64,000 bases of DNA from a virus (lineage: Duplodnaviria > Caudoviricetes): the IMG/VR virus record IMGVR_UViG_3300025267_002170; one strand, given 5' to 3'. Shown here in pieces: positions 27,348-36,908 of this stretch; the stretch's first letter is position 1, and every line of letters begins with the position of its first letter. The notes below the pieces were generated by a model. It saw only the letters and a program-made list of their open reading frames with translations. It was not told the DNA's origin and made no database searches. Both the position numbers and the translations under genes were made by a program.

Positions 27348-28136
27348 ATGTCCGATAATTTAGTAATTCCAGTTCACGACGCCATTCTTCCCTATATGTT
27401 TCAGGGCGTGAAGTGGGCGATTCCCAATGTTGGCGACAACAAGGAAACCCACAACCTAGCTATGGCCAGACTTTTTGAAAAAGTTGGTGAGCATGTTCAG
27501 GCTTTCAGTGTTCGCACTGATTGCTTCGTTCCCGGTCCCCCGACGCTAGGCGCTGTAAAGCATCATCACAATATGTTTGTTCGTTTGTGCAACCTAATTG
27601 ATACAAACACCAAACGTGATAACATGGAGAGACTTGAAGCTCATCACATTACGCACGAGCGTAGAGCTTTCAAGATTTATCCCGTTCGATACTTTGATGT
27701 GAAGAACGACTACTGTCGTAGGTGGATTGAGCTTTGCCTACAGGCTATGAGCAACATTTCCCAGTTGACTGAAAACACTTGGGCAAATGACTGGTCAGAA
27801 GCCACTGGCAAGGAAATGAAAAAGCTTTTCCGAGAAGGCTATCGCCTAATGTGCGTAGAGCTATTCAACGTGCCAGTTATTGAAGCCGAAAAAGTTTTTG
27901 ATGAAAGCACCCCATTCTTCTTGACAAAGAACCATTTTGAAACTTATGATGTTGGACATATTCCAACAATCGAATGGATTAAGCATCCTGCTCTAGGTGG
28001 CGAATTTACTGAAGACGAACTTCGCCCAATCTCAACGACTAACGTTCCGGTTGCTCCCGGCGTTGCTGAGAATGATGGCAATACTCCACAGAGAGAGTTG
28101 GAAAGACGTATGCAGGGTGGTGAGGTTGTTGAATAA
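27348..28136 (+). CDS. hypothetical protein
   Basis: strong AAGGAGG RBS; 262 aa; no family recognised. Confidence 0.7.
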   Translation: MSDNLVIPVHDAILPYMFQGVKWAIPNVGDNKETHNLAMARLFEKVGEHVQAFSVRTDCFVPGPPTLGAVKHHHNMFVRLCNLIDTNTKRDNMERLEAHHITHERRAFKIYPVRYFDVKNDYCRRWIELCLQAMSNISQLTENTWANDWSEATGKEMKKLFREGYRLMCVELFNVPVIEAEKVFDESTPFFLTKNHFETYDVGHIPTIEWIKHPALGGEFTEDELRPISTTNVPVAPGVAENDGNTPQRELERRMQGGEVVE

Positions 28137-28182
28137 GTAACTTCAACCCGTTATTAATTAAAGACACAGAGGAAGGATTCCG

Positions 28183-29163
28183 ATGAAGAAGATTTTTTGG
28201 ACAGGATTGCTATCTGTTTTTATCTTTGCCACGAGCGTCTTCGCTCAGGACAATCGACTGTATCAACATCTACAGGATGTTTCAGTTACGGTTAAGTCTG
28301 GGTTCGGTGAAGGCTCTGGCGTTATTATTACGCGAGATGTTGAAGTGGTCCCCAATGTTAAGCAGAAGGTCAACTTTGTATGGACCGCTGCGCACGTAGT
28401 AGACGGACTAAGGTCTGTCAGGGTAGAAATCAAGAATGGCAAACCTCAGACAGTTGTTGAGTTTAAAGATGCTCAGATTGTCAAGGAGTTAGTTGAAGAC
28501 GGTCGCCGTGTTGGCGAAATCAAGATGGAAGCCAAGGTCATTAAGTACTCGGATGCTGAAAACGGAGAAGACTTGGCTCTCTTGATGGTTAGAAAGAAAG
28601 GCTTTATCGATAAGACTGTTACTTTCTATAAGAATGAAGGCAAGCCAGTGGCTATTGGTACTGAGCTATATCATGTCGGCTCTTTACTAGGCCAAGTAGG
28701 CAGTAACTCGATGACGCGAGGAATTTGTTCTCAAGTTGGTAGAGTTCTTGATTTGGGCAATGGTGACGGAGTTGTGTTTGACCAAACAACAGTTACCGCA
28801 TTTCCGGGTTCTAGTGGCGGTGGAGTATTTCTAAGCGAAAGGTCTGGAGAAAAGGCTGGCCAGTATGTGGGGATGCTTGTTAGAGGAGCCGGTGAAACTT
28901 TCAACCTAATTGTACCGGTTAGAAGAATGAGAAAGTACGCCGAGGAAGAAGGGGTTCTGTGGGCTATTGACACAGATGCAAAGGTTCCCTCCCTGAAAGG
29001 AGTCCTCTCTCTAAGCCCAGAAGGAAGCTCATCAGTTTCCAATTCAAAAAACGAGAAGAACAACGCTCCCACAAAAGATGGTTTGAGATTCCCAGTTCTT
29101 CCAGTAACCAGAGATTCAAGTAACAATACTAGACTTCCAGACACAAAGAAGCCACTACGATGA
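28183..29163 (+). CDS. secreted trypsin-like serine protease
   Basis: signal peptide; TAAHV/DLALL/GSSGGG. Confidence 0.85.
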   Translation: MKKIFWTGLLSVFIFATSVFAQDNRLYQHLQDVSVTVKSGFGEGSGVIITRDVEVVPNVKQKVNFVWTAAHVVDGLRSVRVEIKNGKPQTVVEFKDAQIVKELVEDGRRVGEIKMEAKVIKYSDAENGEDLALLMVRKKGFIDKTVTFYKNEGKPVAIGTELYHVGSLLGQVGSNSMTRGICSQVGRVLDLGNGDGVVFDQTTVTAFPGSSGGGVFLSERSGEKAGQYVGMLVRGAGETFNLIVPVRRMRKYAEEEGVLWAIDTDAKVPSLKGVLSLSPEGSSSVSNSKNEKNNAPTKDGLRFPVLPVTRDSSNNTRLPDTKKPLR

Positions 29164-29486
29164 AAACCACAACCAATCTCTTGCTGCTTTTTCTTTCTTG
29201 CACAGCGGCCAATATTGGGCTGTCTTTATATTATTTTGAATCAAAAAATAAAGAAGAAAACCCACCCCAAAAATCGGTCTCTGTTGCTGGACATGAAGCC
29301 GCAGCAATAACCTCTGCTTTAGCAAATGTACATAATCAAGCTATCTATAGAGATAGCGTTACGGTGCAAGAGGTTCTTAAACTTCAGCACCATCTCAATA
29401 TGCACGGGAAAAGAGTTCCGATGTGCCCCGATTGCAGAGTGGGGAATAGAACTACAGAATATAAATATACCATGGATGATTTTTAA
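29160..29486 (+). CDS. membrane-anchored protein with His and CxxC motif
   Basis: N-terminal TM; HHLNMH..CPDC. Confidence 0.5.
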   Translation: MKTTTNLLLLFLSCTAANIGLSLYYFESKNKEENPPQKSVSVAGHEAAAITSALANVHNQAIYRDSVTVQEVLKLQHHLNMHGKRVPMCPDCRVGNRTTEYKYTMDDF

Positions 29487-29526
29487 ATGAAACGGATTTT
29501 GTATTACCTTTTACTGAGGAGAAACA

Positions 29527-29700
29527 ATGTCTGAGAAGTTCGCACTACTACTAAAGTCTAGAAGATTCTGGGTCGCTGTTGGTGGCATTGTTGTCACTAC
29601 CACAAACATCTTCGGCCTAGACCTTAATCCAGAGCAAGTTAATAACATCGTTCTTATTGGCGGTGCTTGGATTGTTGGTGACAGTCTAAGAAGCTCTTAA
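29527..29700 (+). CDS. 57-aa two-TM holin-like protein (not in ORF track)
   Basis: GAGGAG RBS; MSEKFALLLKSRRFWVAVGGIVVTTTNIFGLDLNPEQVNNIVLIGGAWIVGDSLRSS. Confidence 0.6.
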   Translation: MSEKFALLLKSRRFWVAVGGIVVTTTNIFGLDLNPEQVNNIVLIGGAWIVGDSLRSS

Positions 29701-29709
29701 AGGAAAAAA

Positions 29710-30051
29710 ATGTCTTTAGGAAATTGGGGAGAACCCCTAACAAGGATAGTTAATTATCTAGTCCCACCGGAAAGCCGAAAAAAGACACTGTCTTGCGCAG
29801 AGCTATTTAAAAGCCTGCACGATGAGTCAGGGGTCACCGTTTCAAACCTTGACAACATCGCAGAGGTGTGCAAAGATGGGGGAGATTCCCATTTTGCGGC
29901 GGCTGCAAAGTGTCTTGGCTTTCGGGGGGACTATGATATAGTCTCCGAAGCATCACAGCTTAAACAGGAATACGACCTCTGTCTTATTCCTAAAAACCTT
30001 AAGCCAAAACAGAAAGGCAGTATTGTAGCTAAGCACATACTAAAGAAGTAA
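29710..30051 (+). CDS. hypothetical protein
   Basis: AAGGA RBS. Confidence 0.55.
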   Translation: MSLGNWGEPLTRIVNYLVPPESRKKTLSCAELFKSLHDESGVTVSNLDNIAEVCKDGGDSHFAAAAKCLGFRGDYDIVSEASQLKQEYDLCLIPKNLKPKQKGSIVAKHILKK

Positions 30052-30052
30052 A

Positions 30053-30163
30053 ATGGGAAAAACAGTACGAAAGAAGAGCAAGCGCGATAAAAAGCGATTA
30101 AAAAGAGAAAACCGCAGCCGAAAGAATAAGCGAAGCAATGACAGAGAGACCGTCATGGAATGA
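30053..30163 (+). CDS. 36-aa highly basic micro-peptide (not in ORF track)
   Basis: MGKTVRKKSKRDKKRLKRENRSRKNKRSNDRETVME fills the intergenic gap. Confidence 0.45.
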   Translation: MGKTVRKKSKRDKKRLKRENRSRKNKRSNDRETVME

Positions 30164-30602
30164 ATACTTCATGGGCATGGCTCGCTACGCCTCCGTAAGA
30201 AGTCATGACTCTCAAACTAAAGTTGGTTGCGTTATAGTCGGTAGTCCTAACGTGGTTGTTGGAGTCGGGTACAACGGCTTCTGTTCTAATGTTAAAGAAG
30301 AAGGACTTCCCACAACCAGACCTGACAAATATCCATTTATTGTACACGCAGAAGCTAATGCTATAAGTAATCTAGTTGTGAAACAGATTGATTACTACAA
30401 GGCTTACATTACACATCTACCCTGTGCTAATTGTGCAAAGCTGTTGTGGCAAAGCGGTGTTCAAGAATGGTATGTTCCGAAAGGGTCTAAGGCTCATGGA
30501 GAAACAGAGGAAGACAAAATTGTCTATGAACATCTTACAGATAACGGATTAGAAATTACATATTTAGATATGTCAGGTCGCTGGAACGGTCTGTTCTTTT
30601 AA
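30138..30602 (+). CDS. dCMP deaminase
   Basis: RPSWNEYFM, KVGCVIV, GYNG, HAEANAI, PCANC. Confidence 0.92.
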   Translation: MTERPSWNEYFMGMARYASVRSHDSQTKVGCVIVGSPNVVVGVGYNGFCSNVKEEGLPTTRPDKYPFIVHAEANAISNLVVKQIDYYKAYITHLPCANCAKLLWQSGVQEWYVPKGSKAHGETEEDKIVYEHLTDNGLEITYLDMSGRWNGLFF

Positions 30603-30607
30603 GAGTA

Positions 30608-31051
30608 ATGGCAACTAGAATATTCCATAATGGACCACCCAAGCATTTAAGAAAAATGAAACAACCTCCAAATGGCTGGACCACAGAAGTAGAAATAAAA
30701 AGAGTGTATGACGGAGACACTCTTATAGTAGACGTACATAGAACCCTGACAGTTAGACTGAAAGATTGCTGGTGTTCAGAAATTAGAACTAGAGATAAAG
30801 AGGAAAAGAAAAAAGGAATCGCGGCTAGAAATCATTTAAGAGAAATTTTGTTAGAAGAGAAAAACGAAGACACCGGAAAACTGGAATACATAAAAGCTGT
30901 CCTCCACATACCTGCTAGTGAAGATTCCGAGCTTAAGGATGTGTTTACTTTCGGAAGGGTTTTGGGACATATCTTCATAGATGGTAAAGACGTATCAGAA
31001 ATCATGATAGAGTCTGGACATGCTACAAAAGAAAAAGACAGGAAAAACTGA
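30608..31051 (+). CDS. thermonuclease (SNase) family nuclease
   Basis: RVYDGDT, VRL, FGRVLG, IMIESGHA. Confidence 0.8.
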   Translation: MATRIFHNGPPKHLRKMKQPPNGWTTEVEIKRVYDGDTLIVDVHRTLTVRLKDCWCSEIRTRDKEEKKKGIAARNHLREILLEEKNEDTGKLEYIKAVLHIPASEDSELKDVFTFGRVLGHIFIDGKDVSEIMIESGHATKEKDRKN

Positions 31052-33234
31052 TGTCAGTAGCGGAGCTACAGAACTATACTTTTGTTGGTAAATACGCCAG
31101 ATGGATTCCCGAAAAGAAAAGAAGAGAAACGTGGAAGGAAAGTGTAGAACGTGTTGAAGGGATGATGCTTGAGTCCTACCCCTCTGTCCCAGAGGAAATT
31201 GAATGGGCTTATGACATGATGAATAGAAAGCGCGTTCTGGGTTCTCAACGTGCCCTCCAGTTTGGAGGCTCCCCCGTGCTAAAACACAACGCGAGAATTT
31301 ACAATTGTATAGCCTCCTATGTAGATAGGCCGAGGTTTTTTCAGGAATGCATGTATCTTCTTTTGTGTGGTTGCGGTACTGGATTCTCCGTCCAAAGACA
31401 TCATGTAGAAAAGTTACCCAAACTAGTTCAGAAGAAGGATGGTACTAAAAAATTTACCATTCCAGACACAATAGAAGGGTGGTCTGACGCCGTTGGCGTT
31501 TTAGTCAACAGCTATTTCCAGCAGGATGATTTTTTTCTAGACTACGTGGGCAAAACAGTATCATTTGACTACTCTGAAATCAGGCCCGCTGGTTCATATC
31601 TAAGCTCAAGCTCTGGCAAGGCGCCCGGTCCTGAACCATTGAAAAAAGCTCTGACAAATATTAAGAAAGTTTTAGATAAAGTATTGAAGGATGCGCTATT
31701 TTCAACTAGAAAACTGAGACCTATAGATGTTTATGACGTGGTCATGCATGCTGCCGATGCTGTTATTTCTGGCGGTGTACGTAGGAGTGCTACGATTTGT
31801 CTTTTTTCACCAGACGACAAAGAGATGGCACTGGCAAAAACTGGCAATTGGTTTCATGATAATCCTCAACGTGGTCGTTCTAATAACTCTGCTCTTTTAC
31901 TGCGTGGTGAGACCAGTCCTGAACAATTTACATCATTGATGGAGTCGGTTAAGGAGTTCGGAGAACCGGGATTTGTATGGGCAGATTCCACTGAGCTTAT
32001 TGTAAACCCATGTGTTGAGATTGGACTCTATCCTGTAGACGAAGAGACGGGAGAGACAGGCTGGCAAGCGTGCAATCTTAGTACCATCAACTGTGCCAGA
32101 ATAAAGACCAAGAAGGATTTCTTTGAATCTTGCAAGGCGGCGTCCATCATTGGAACCCTACAAGCTGGATTCTCAAAGATGTCCTACTTGGGAGAAGTTA
32201 CCGAGAGAATCCTGAGAAGAGAGGCTCTTCTCGGTGTTTCTATGACAGGAATCATGGAGCGTCACGATATCTGTTTGGACCCCGAGATTCAAAAGCAAGG
32301 CGCTAGGGTTGTTAGGAAAACGAATAGAGAGCTTGCTAAGAAAATCGGGATTAATGCAGCAGCTAGAACTACTTGTGTCAAGCCTGAAGGGACTGCTAGC
32401 TGTATTCTTGGTACTAGTTCTGGTATCCATCCTCATCATGCCAAGCGTTATATTAGACGTGTACAGGCTAATAAGATGGAGGATATATATCAACACTTTA
32501 AGAAAACAAATCCGAGAGCATGCGAAGAGTCGGTCTGGTCTGCAAACGACAGCGACGACGTAATCTGCTTTTGCATAGAGGTTCCTTCCGGTTCTAAATT
32601 GAAGAATCAGATTGGTGCTATCGGTCTCTTGGAATATGTAAAAAGCACACAGCAGAACTGGGTCATGACCGGAAGAAATGACTCTCTTTGTGTTAAGCCG
32701 TTTCTGCAACACAACGTGTCTAACACAATCAATGTAAAGCCAGAAGAATGGGAAGACGTAGAGAAATTTATCTACAAAAACAGAAAGTATTTTTGTGGCG
32801 TCTCTCTGCTTCCATTGAGTGGAGATAAGGACTATCCGCAAGCACCGTTCACGACGGTGTATCTTCCCAGCGAAATGGTATCGCACTACGGCGACGGCGC
32901 GATGTTTGTTAGCGGGTTAATTGAAGTTGCACTTAACCTCTGGGAAGATAACCTATGGTCAGCTTGTGACGGACTGTTAGGAGTAGGAACTAGAATTAAA
33001 GGCAACGGAAAAAGTGAATGGGTTGAGCGCTGCAAAAAGTTTGCCAAAAAGTATATGGATGGAGACATCAAAAGACTTACATATTGCATGAAAGATGTCT
33101 ACAATTGGAAAGAGTGGGTAGACATGAAGAGAGAGTATACCGCAGTAGAGTATACTAATTGCATAGAGGAACATGACAACACTACGCCAGAGCAAGAGAT
33201 TGCCTGTGCTGGTGGAGCCTGTGAAATTATCTAG
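31051..33234 (+). CDS. nrdJ: class II (B12-dependent) ribonucleotide reductase
   Basis: GGVRRSA, NPCVEI, CNLS, TTCVKPEGT, C-terminal CAGGAC; no beta subunit nearby. Confidence 0.9.
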   Translation: MSVAELQNYTFVGKYARWIPEKKRRETWKESVERVEGMMLESYPSVPEEIEWAYDMMNRKRVLGSQRALQFGGSPVLKHNARIYNCIASYVDRPRFFQECMYLLLCGCGTGFSVQRHHVEKLPKLVQKKDGTKKFTIPDTIEGWSDAVGVLVNSYFQQDDFFLDYVGKTVSFDYSEIRPAGSYLSSSSGKAPGPEPLKKALTNIKKVLDKVLKDALFSTRKLRPIDVYDVVMHAADAVISGGVRRSATICLFSPDDKEMALAKTGNWFHDNPQRGRSNNSALLLRGETSPEQFTSLMESVKEFGEPGFVWADSTELIVNPCVEIGLYPVDEETGETGWQACNLSTINCARIKTKKDFFESCKAASIIGTLQAGFSKMSYLGEVTERILRREALLGVSMTGIMERHDICLDPEIQKQGARVVRKTNRELAKKIGINAAARTTCVKPEGTASCILGTSSGIHPHHAKRYIRRVQANKMEDIYQHFKKTNPRACEESVWSANDSDDVICFCIEVPSGSKLKNQIGAIGLLEYVKSTQQNWVMTGRNDSLCVKPFLQHNVSNTINVKPEEWEDVEKFIYKNRKYFCGVSLLPLSGDKDYPQAPFTTVYLPSEMVSHYGDGAMFVSGLIEVALNLWEDNLWSACDGLLGVGTRIKGNGKSEWVERCKKFAKKYMDGDIKRLTYCMKDVYNWKEWVDMKREYTAVEYTNCIEEHDNTTPEQEIACAGGACEII

Positions 33235-33242
33235 GAAGCCCA

Positions 33243-33548
33243 ATGTCAAGCACCAAAAATATAAAAACGCCACCCTTCATGCAGAGAACACCAGAGGGTG
33301 ACAAAGTCCTACAGGCCACCGTATTGCGTCTTAATGAGGCTATAGACGTTGGGAAAGGATTCATGGTCCACATATCATATGCACATGAGGGGAAAGTTTT
33401 CCATTTTAATGGACGATACAACTTCCCCTCTCCCGATATGCCCATGTGTGCTTCAAGTTTTGGACAGTTTGTTACAGAGGAGAAGGAAAAAGACAACGAG
33501 GAGATGTCTAATGACAAATCAGCCACTAAGGGCAAGAAGGCTGACTGA
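33243..33548 (+). CDS. hypothetical protein
   Basis: packed ORF. Confidence 0.5.
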   Translation: MSSTKNIKTPPFMQRTPEGDKVLQATVLRLNEAIDVGKGFMVHISYAHEGKVFHFNGRYNFPSPDMPMCASSFGQFVTEEKEKDNEEMSNDKSATKGKKAD

Positions 33549-33966
33549 GACAGCCAAACTACCCACAAAAGCTCATGACACAGACGCCGGAATAGACTTG
33601 TATTCTGACGAGGACTTGGAGATTAGGTCGGGAAGGACCGTATTAGTCTCTACGGGAATCTCTATGGCAATTCCTGATGGTTATGCTGGATTAATATGGG
33701 ACCGTTCTTCTATGGGTGTAAAGGGGCTGCACCGATTCGCTGGAGTGGTTGACAGTGGATATAGGGGAGAAGTAAAGGTCTGTATTTCTAATATGGGCTA
33801 CGGAACAACAGAGTGGCCATTTGGTAGTAAGTCTTATTTTATTAGTCGCGGTGACAAAATAGCTCAAATTTTAATACAAGAAGTACCAAACTTTCGGATA
33901 GAGGAAGTTAACGATTTGGATAGCACTGACAGAGGAGAAGGGGGTTTCGGTAGTTCTGGCAAATAA
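33511..33966 (+). CDS. dut: dUTPase (trimeric)
   Basis: AGIDL, RSS, GVVDSGYRGE, IAQ, RGEGGFGSSG; start set by GAGGAG RBS. Confidence 0.95.
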   Translation: MTNQPLRARRLTETAKLPTKAHDTDAGIDLYSDEDLEIRSGRTVLVSTGISMAIPDGYAGLIWDRSSMGVKGLHRFAGVVDSGYRGEVKVCISNMGYGTTEWPFGSKSYFISRGDKIAQILIQEVPNFRIEEVNDLDSTDRGEGGFGSSGK

Positions 33967-33975
33967 AGAGGTAAA

Positions 33976-34659
33976 ATGAAAAAACCAAAGTCAGAACTTA
34001 ATAAACATGTTCATAGTAGGCACAGTCTATCTCCTAAAACTTCTAACCAAGCTGAATACATAAGGGCAATAGTAGAGAACGACGTTACAATATGTTCCGG
34101 GCCAGCAGGTAGCGGAAAAACAACTATATGTGTTGGCCTAGCCTGTGAGCATTTATTATCTGGAAAGATAGAAAAGATAATAATTACGCGACCAATAGTT
34201 GAGTCTGGTGGCGGGTTAGGTTATCTCCCCGGTTCTTTTCATGATAAGATACATCCATACCTAGTTCCTGTTATGGATGAAATGTCTAAATATATATCTA
34301 ATAGTGGCATAGACTACATAAAGAAAAATAATGTCCTTGAAGTTTGTCCTCTAGAATATATGAGGGGAAGAAACTTTCATAACTCATTTATTATATTAGA
34401 CGAGGCCCAGAATGCCACGATAGAACAGATAAAAATGTTCGTTACTCGTCTGGGAAGAAAGTCAAAAGCGGTGGTGAATGGAGATGTGAACCAAACCGAC
34501 CTTCCAAGCCGTGTGCGAGGAGGGCTGTCTACGTGCATATCATGTTTACGTGGCTTGCACGGGGTTGGTATAGTGGAGCTTGGCGACGACGATGTTATTA
34601 GGCATGGAATTATATCCGCAATCCTTTATAGACTAGAAGATGCGCAAAATTCAGGCTAA
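33976..34659 (+). CDS. phoH: PhoH-like ATPase
   Basis: GPAGSGKT, LGYLPG, YMRGR, DEAQN, GDVNQTD, RH. Confidence 0.93.
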   Translation: MKKPKSELNKHVHSRHSLSPKTSNQAEYIRAIVENDVTICSGPAGSGKTTICVGLACEHLLSGKIEKIIITRPIVESGGGLGYLPGSFHDKIHPYLVPVMDEMSKYISNSGIDYIKKNNVLEVCPLEYMRGRNFHNSFIILDEAQNATIEQIKMFVTRLGRKSKAVVNGDVNQTDLPSRVRGGLSTCISCLRGLHGVGIVELGDDDVIRHGIISAILYRLEDAQNSG

Positions 34660-34837
34660 AGAAAATTTAGAGAATATTATAGACCTTACAGAAAAGCACT
34701 CTGTCTTTACTGGAAATGTTGTTAAGACGCTTTCAGAAGACTTGCTCTTCTTAAGAAATAAATGTGAAGAGCTTCTAGATAACCCTGAAGAAAGCGAATC
34801 TGTAATAGAGGACATAAAGAAGGCTGTCGGGAGGTAA
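34640..34837 (+). CDS. hypothetical protein
   Basis: packed ORF. Confidence 0.45.
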   Translation: MRKIQAKENLENIIDLTEKHSVFTGNVVKTLSEDLLFLRNKCEELLDNPEESESVIEDIKKAVGR

Positions 34838-34838
34838 G

Positions 34839-35174
34839 ATGCCTTTATATGAATATCTATGCTCTGAGTGTGAACACAGATTTACAATCGTACAGAGTAT
34901 GAAAGATTCGAAGAAAAAGAAATGCCCGGAATGCGGAAGACATAAACTAGAAAGAGTTCTTGGAAGTCCTCATATCTTTGTAAGAGGAGAGCCTCAAACT
35001 CTTGGGCACTGGGCTGAAAGAAATACCAAGAAGCTTGGAAGATATGAACTGGACGACAGGAAAGAAAGAGACAAGGTAGATGAAAAGAAACCGGGAAAAA
35101 AGAAGCTACAAAGAGAGCTTAGAAGTATGACCGAAGAACAAAGACAAAGATATATACAGAAGGGAAAAAAATAA
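34839..35174 (+). CDS. FmdB-family zinc-ribbon protein
   Basis: MPLYEYLCSECEHRF..CPECG. Confidence 0.85.
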   Translation: MPLYEYLCSECEHRFTIVQSMKDSKKKKCPECGRHKLERVLGSPHIFVRGEPQTLGHWAERNTKKLGRYELDDRKERDKVDEKKPGKKKLQRELRSMTEEQRQRYIQKGKK

Positions 35175-35398
35175 TGGGGAACTCTGCTCCACACAGGGCT
35201 ATACTTTACTGCCAGCTTGGCGTGCATGAGGTTATGAAAACGGGAGAATGCAGTGGCGACACGATAGACCCAGAGGATTTAAAGAAGTCTGGGCTGGATG
35301 AAACCTTCGTTCTCTGGGTTGATGGGGTCGACAAGTATGATTGCATTAAGAATACTGTCAACCAGATAAGAAATTTCATGGGGAAAGAAGATGGATGA
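35174..35398 (+). CDS. hypothetical protein
   Basis: TAATG coupling. Confidence 0.5.
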   Translation: MGNSAPHRAILYCQLGVHEVMKTGECSGDTIDPEDLKKSGLDETFVLWVDGVDKYDCIKNTVNQIRNFMGKEDG

Positions 35399-35726
35399 AG
35401 ATACACTAAAGTCTTTTGAAAAAGACCTTCCAAAAATTACAACAACCACATGCTATACCACCAAGGGAGATATAGTCTCAGAGAAAAGCAAGCTTGCTTA
35501 TGCAAAACAAGTAGTGAATGGAAAAACCGGAATCTCTACATTCTTTGTTAAGACTGGAAGAGGCCGACTATTCGACCCTTGGGGAACATATGCAAGCAAG
35601 GCAAACTCCATAGAATTTCCCCTGAAAAAAGTTTCAGAAAACGTATATAGAAACTATATGACTTATCTGAAAACAAGAAATGGAAGATTTTTAACCACAG
35701 CAGAAAGGTATATGTTTGATGTCTAA
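35391..35726 (+). CDS. phage hypothetical protein
   Basis: packed ORF. Confidence 0.55.
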   Translation: MDEDTLKSFEKDLPKITTTTCYTTKGDIVSEKSKLAYAKQVVNGKTGISTFFVKTGRGRLFDPWGTYASKANSIEFPLKKVSENVYRNYMTYLKTRNGRFLTTAERYMFDV

Positions 35727-36060
35727 GAGAAAAGGACCACTGACCAAGGCAGAAAAATTTTATATAGACAATCATCTAGATACACCAGTAAAGGAACTCG
35801 CAGAAGAGCTAAACAGAAGCGAAAAGATTGTCAAAAACCGTATTGGAACTCAGCCCGAAGATTCTTCCGAACAAACAGAAGAAGACAGCAGTATGAAGGT
35901 TGGAAATCTGATGGCAAGAAAGGAGGACAGGGGTGTTACTACTATGACCCCCCAAGCCTCGATGCTTGCTGATGAAAAGAGACCTGAATATCTCAAGAAC
36001 AGACAGCATAACAGACATAGCCAATCGATTCATAAAATTAAGCCAGACAATGACAGCTAG
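35719..36060 (+). CDS. HTH-containing protein
   Basis: LTKAEKFYI..VKELAEELNRSEKIVKN. Confidence 0.55.
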   Translation: MSKRKGPLTKAEKFYIDNHLDTPVKELAEELNRSEKIVKNRIGTQPEDSSEQTEEDSSMKVGNLMARKEDRGVTTMTPQASMLADEKRPEYLKNRQHNRHSQSIHKIKPDNDS

Positions 36061-36490
36061 CATATGTACAGAGCCTGACGTATATCTAGGACAGTGTTGC
36101 GATAAGAGTGTCATATGGTCTGTTGTTCTTTCTGACGGTACGACAGTATTTCAGGATGACTATAGGCCGGGTGTTTATCCAGAAAGCGCTTGGATAAGGC
36201 TTAAGCAGCACTGTCAAGACGCGGGTCTTTTTATAAAGAGTATGAAAGTTGCTTTTCGTTCTCATGAAATTGATATCGGAGAAGATGCGGATGGGTTTTA
36301 TTTCTGCAAGGGCGCGTCTGCATTTATGACATCAAATATAACAAATGAATTATATATAGTTGGAACCTTGAATGATGGAATGCTTCGTGTTGAAAAATGG
36401 AAAGTTCCCGAACTTATAAAAGAGGGAGCCGAACTTAGAAACGCAACTACCGCAGGTGATTGTTTAATATCAAGACATGACAAAGAATAG
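36050..36490 (+). CDS. hypothetical protein
   Basis: start reassigned to MTASIC. Confidence 0.55.
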   Translation: MTASICTEPDVYLGQCCDKSVIWSVVLSDGTTVFQDDYRPGVYPESAWIRLKQHCQDAGLFIKSMKVAFRSHEIDIGEDADGFYFCKGASAFMTSNITNELYIVGTLNDGMLRVEKWKVPELIKEGAELRNATTAGDCLISRHDKE

Positions 36491-36908
36491 AAGCGAAAGC
36501 AGTCGGTACAAATCTCCCTCCACGGGGGACTATTGTACGTCTGCTCAATATGTGGCAGAGCTTATGTGCCAAAGGATGGCTGAGAAATCTAATGAAGGTT
36601 CTTTGGCGTATAAGTTCTGGAATACTCCCAAGTGGAAAAAAACTTACCAGCTTCAGGTCATAGAAGCAAATCGTCTTACAAATAAGCACGACGACAGAGC
36701 CGTGGTCGCTGCTCTCAATACGGCTCGTGGAAAAAAAATATATTCACTGAGATTCCCCGGACTAGAAGACCTTATTAGGGCAGAAGAAGCCCGGCTACAA
36801 AAAGAGTCTTCGTCTGCTAAAGAGTACAAAGACTCTACTGAATCTCAACCAAGGAAACCTTACGGAAAACAAACGAAGATAGGAAAACTGAGGGAACTAG
36901 ATGGCTAA
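36477..36908 (+). CDS. hypothetical protein
   Basis: packed ORF before recA. Confidence 0.6.
   Translation: MTKNRSESSRYKSPSTGDYCTSAQYVAELMCQRMAEKSNEGSLAYKFWNTPKWKKTYQLQVIEANRLTNKHDDRAVVAALNTARGKKIYSLRFPGLEDLIRAEEARLQKESSSAKEYKDSTESQPRKPYGKQTKIGKLRELDG

Noticed and set aside
33349-33510. Long N-terminal extension of dUTPase
   Set aside because: Overlaps the upstream ORF; an RBS-supported ATG at 33511 gives a normal-length enzyme
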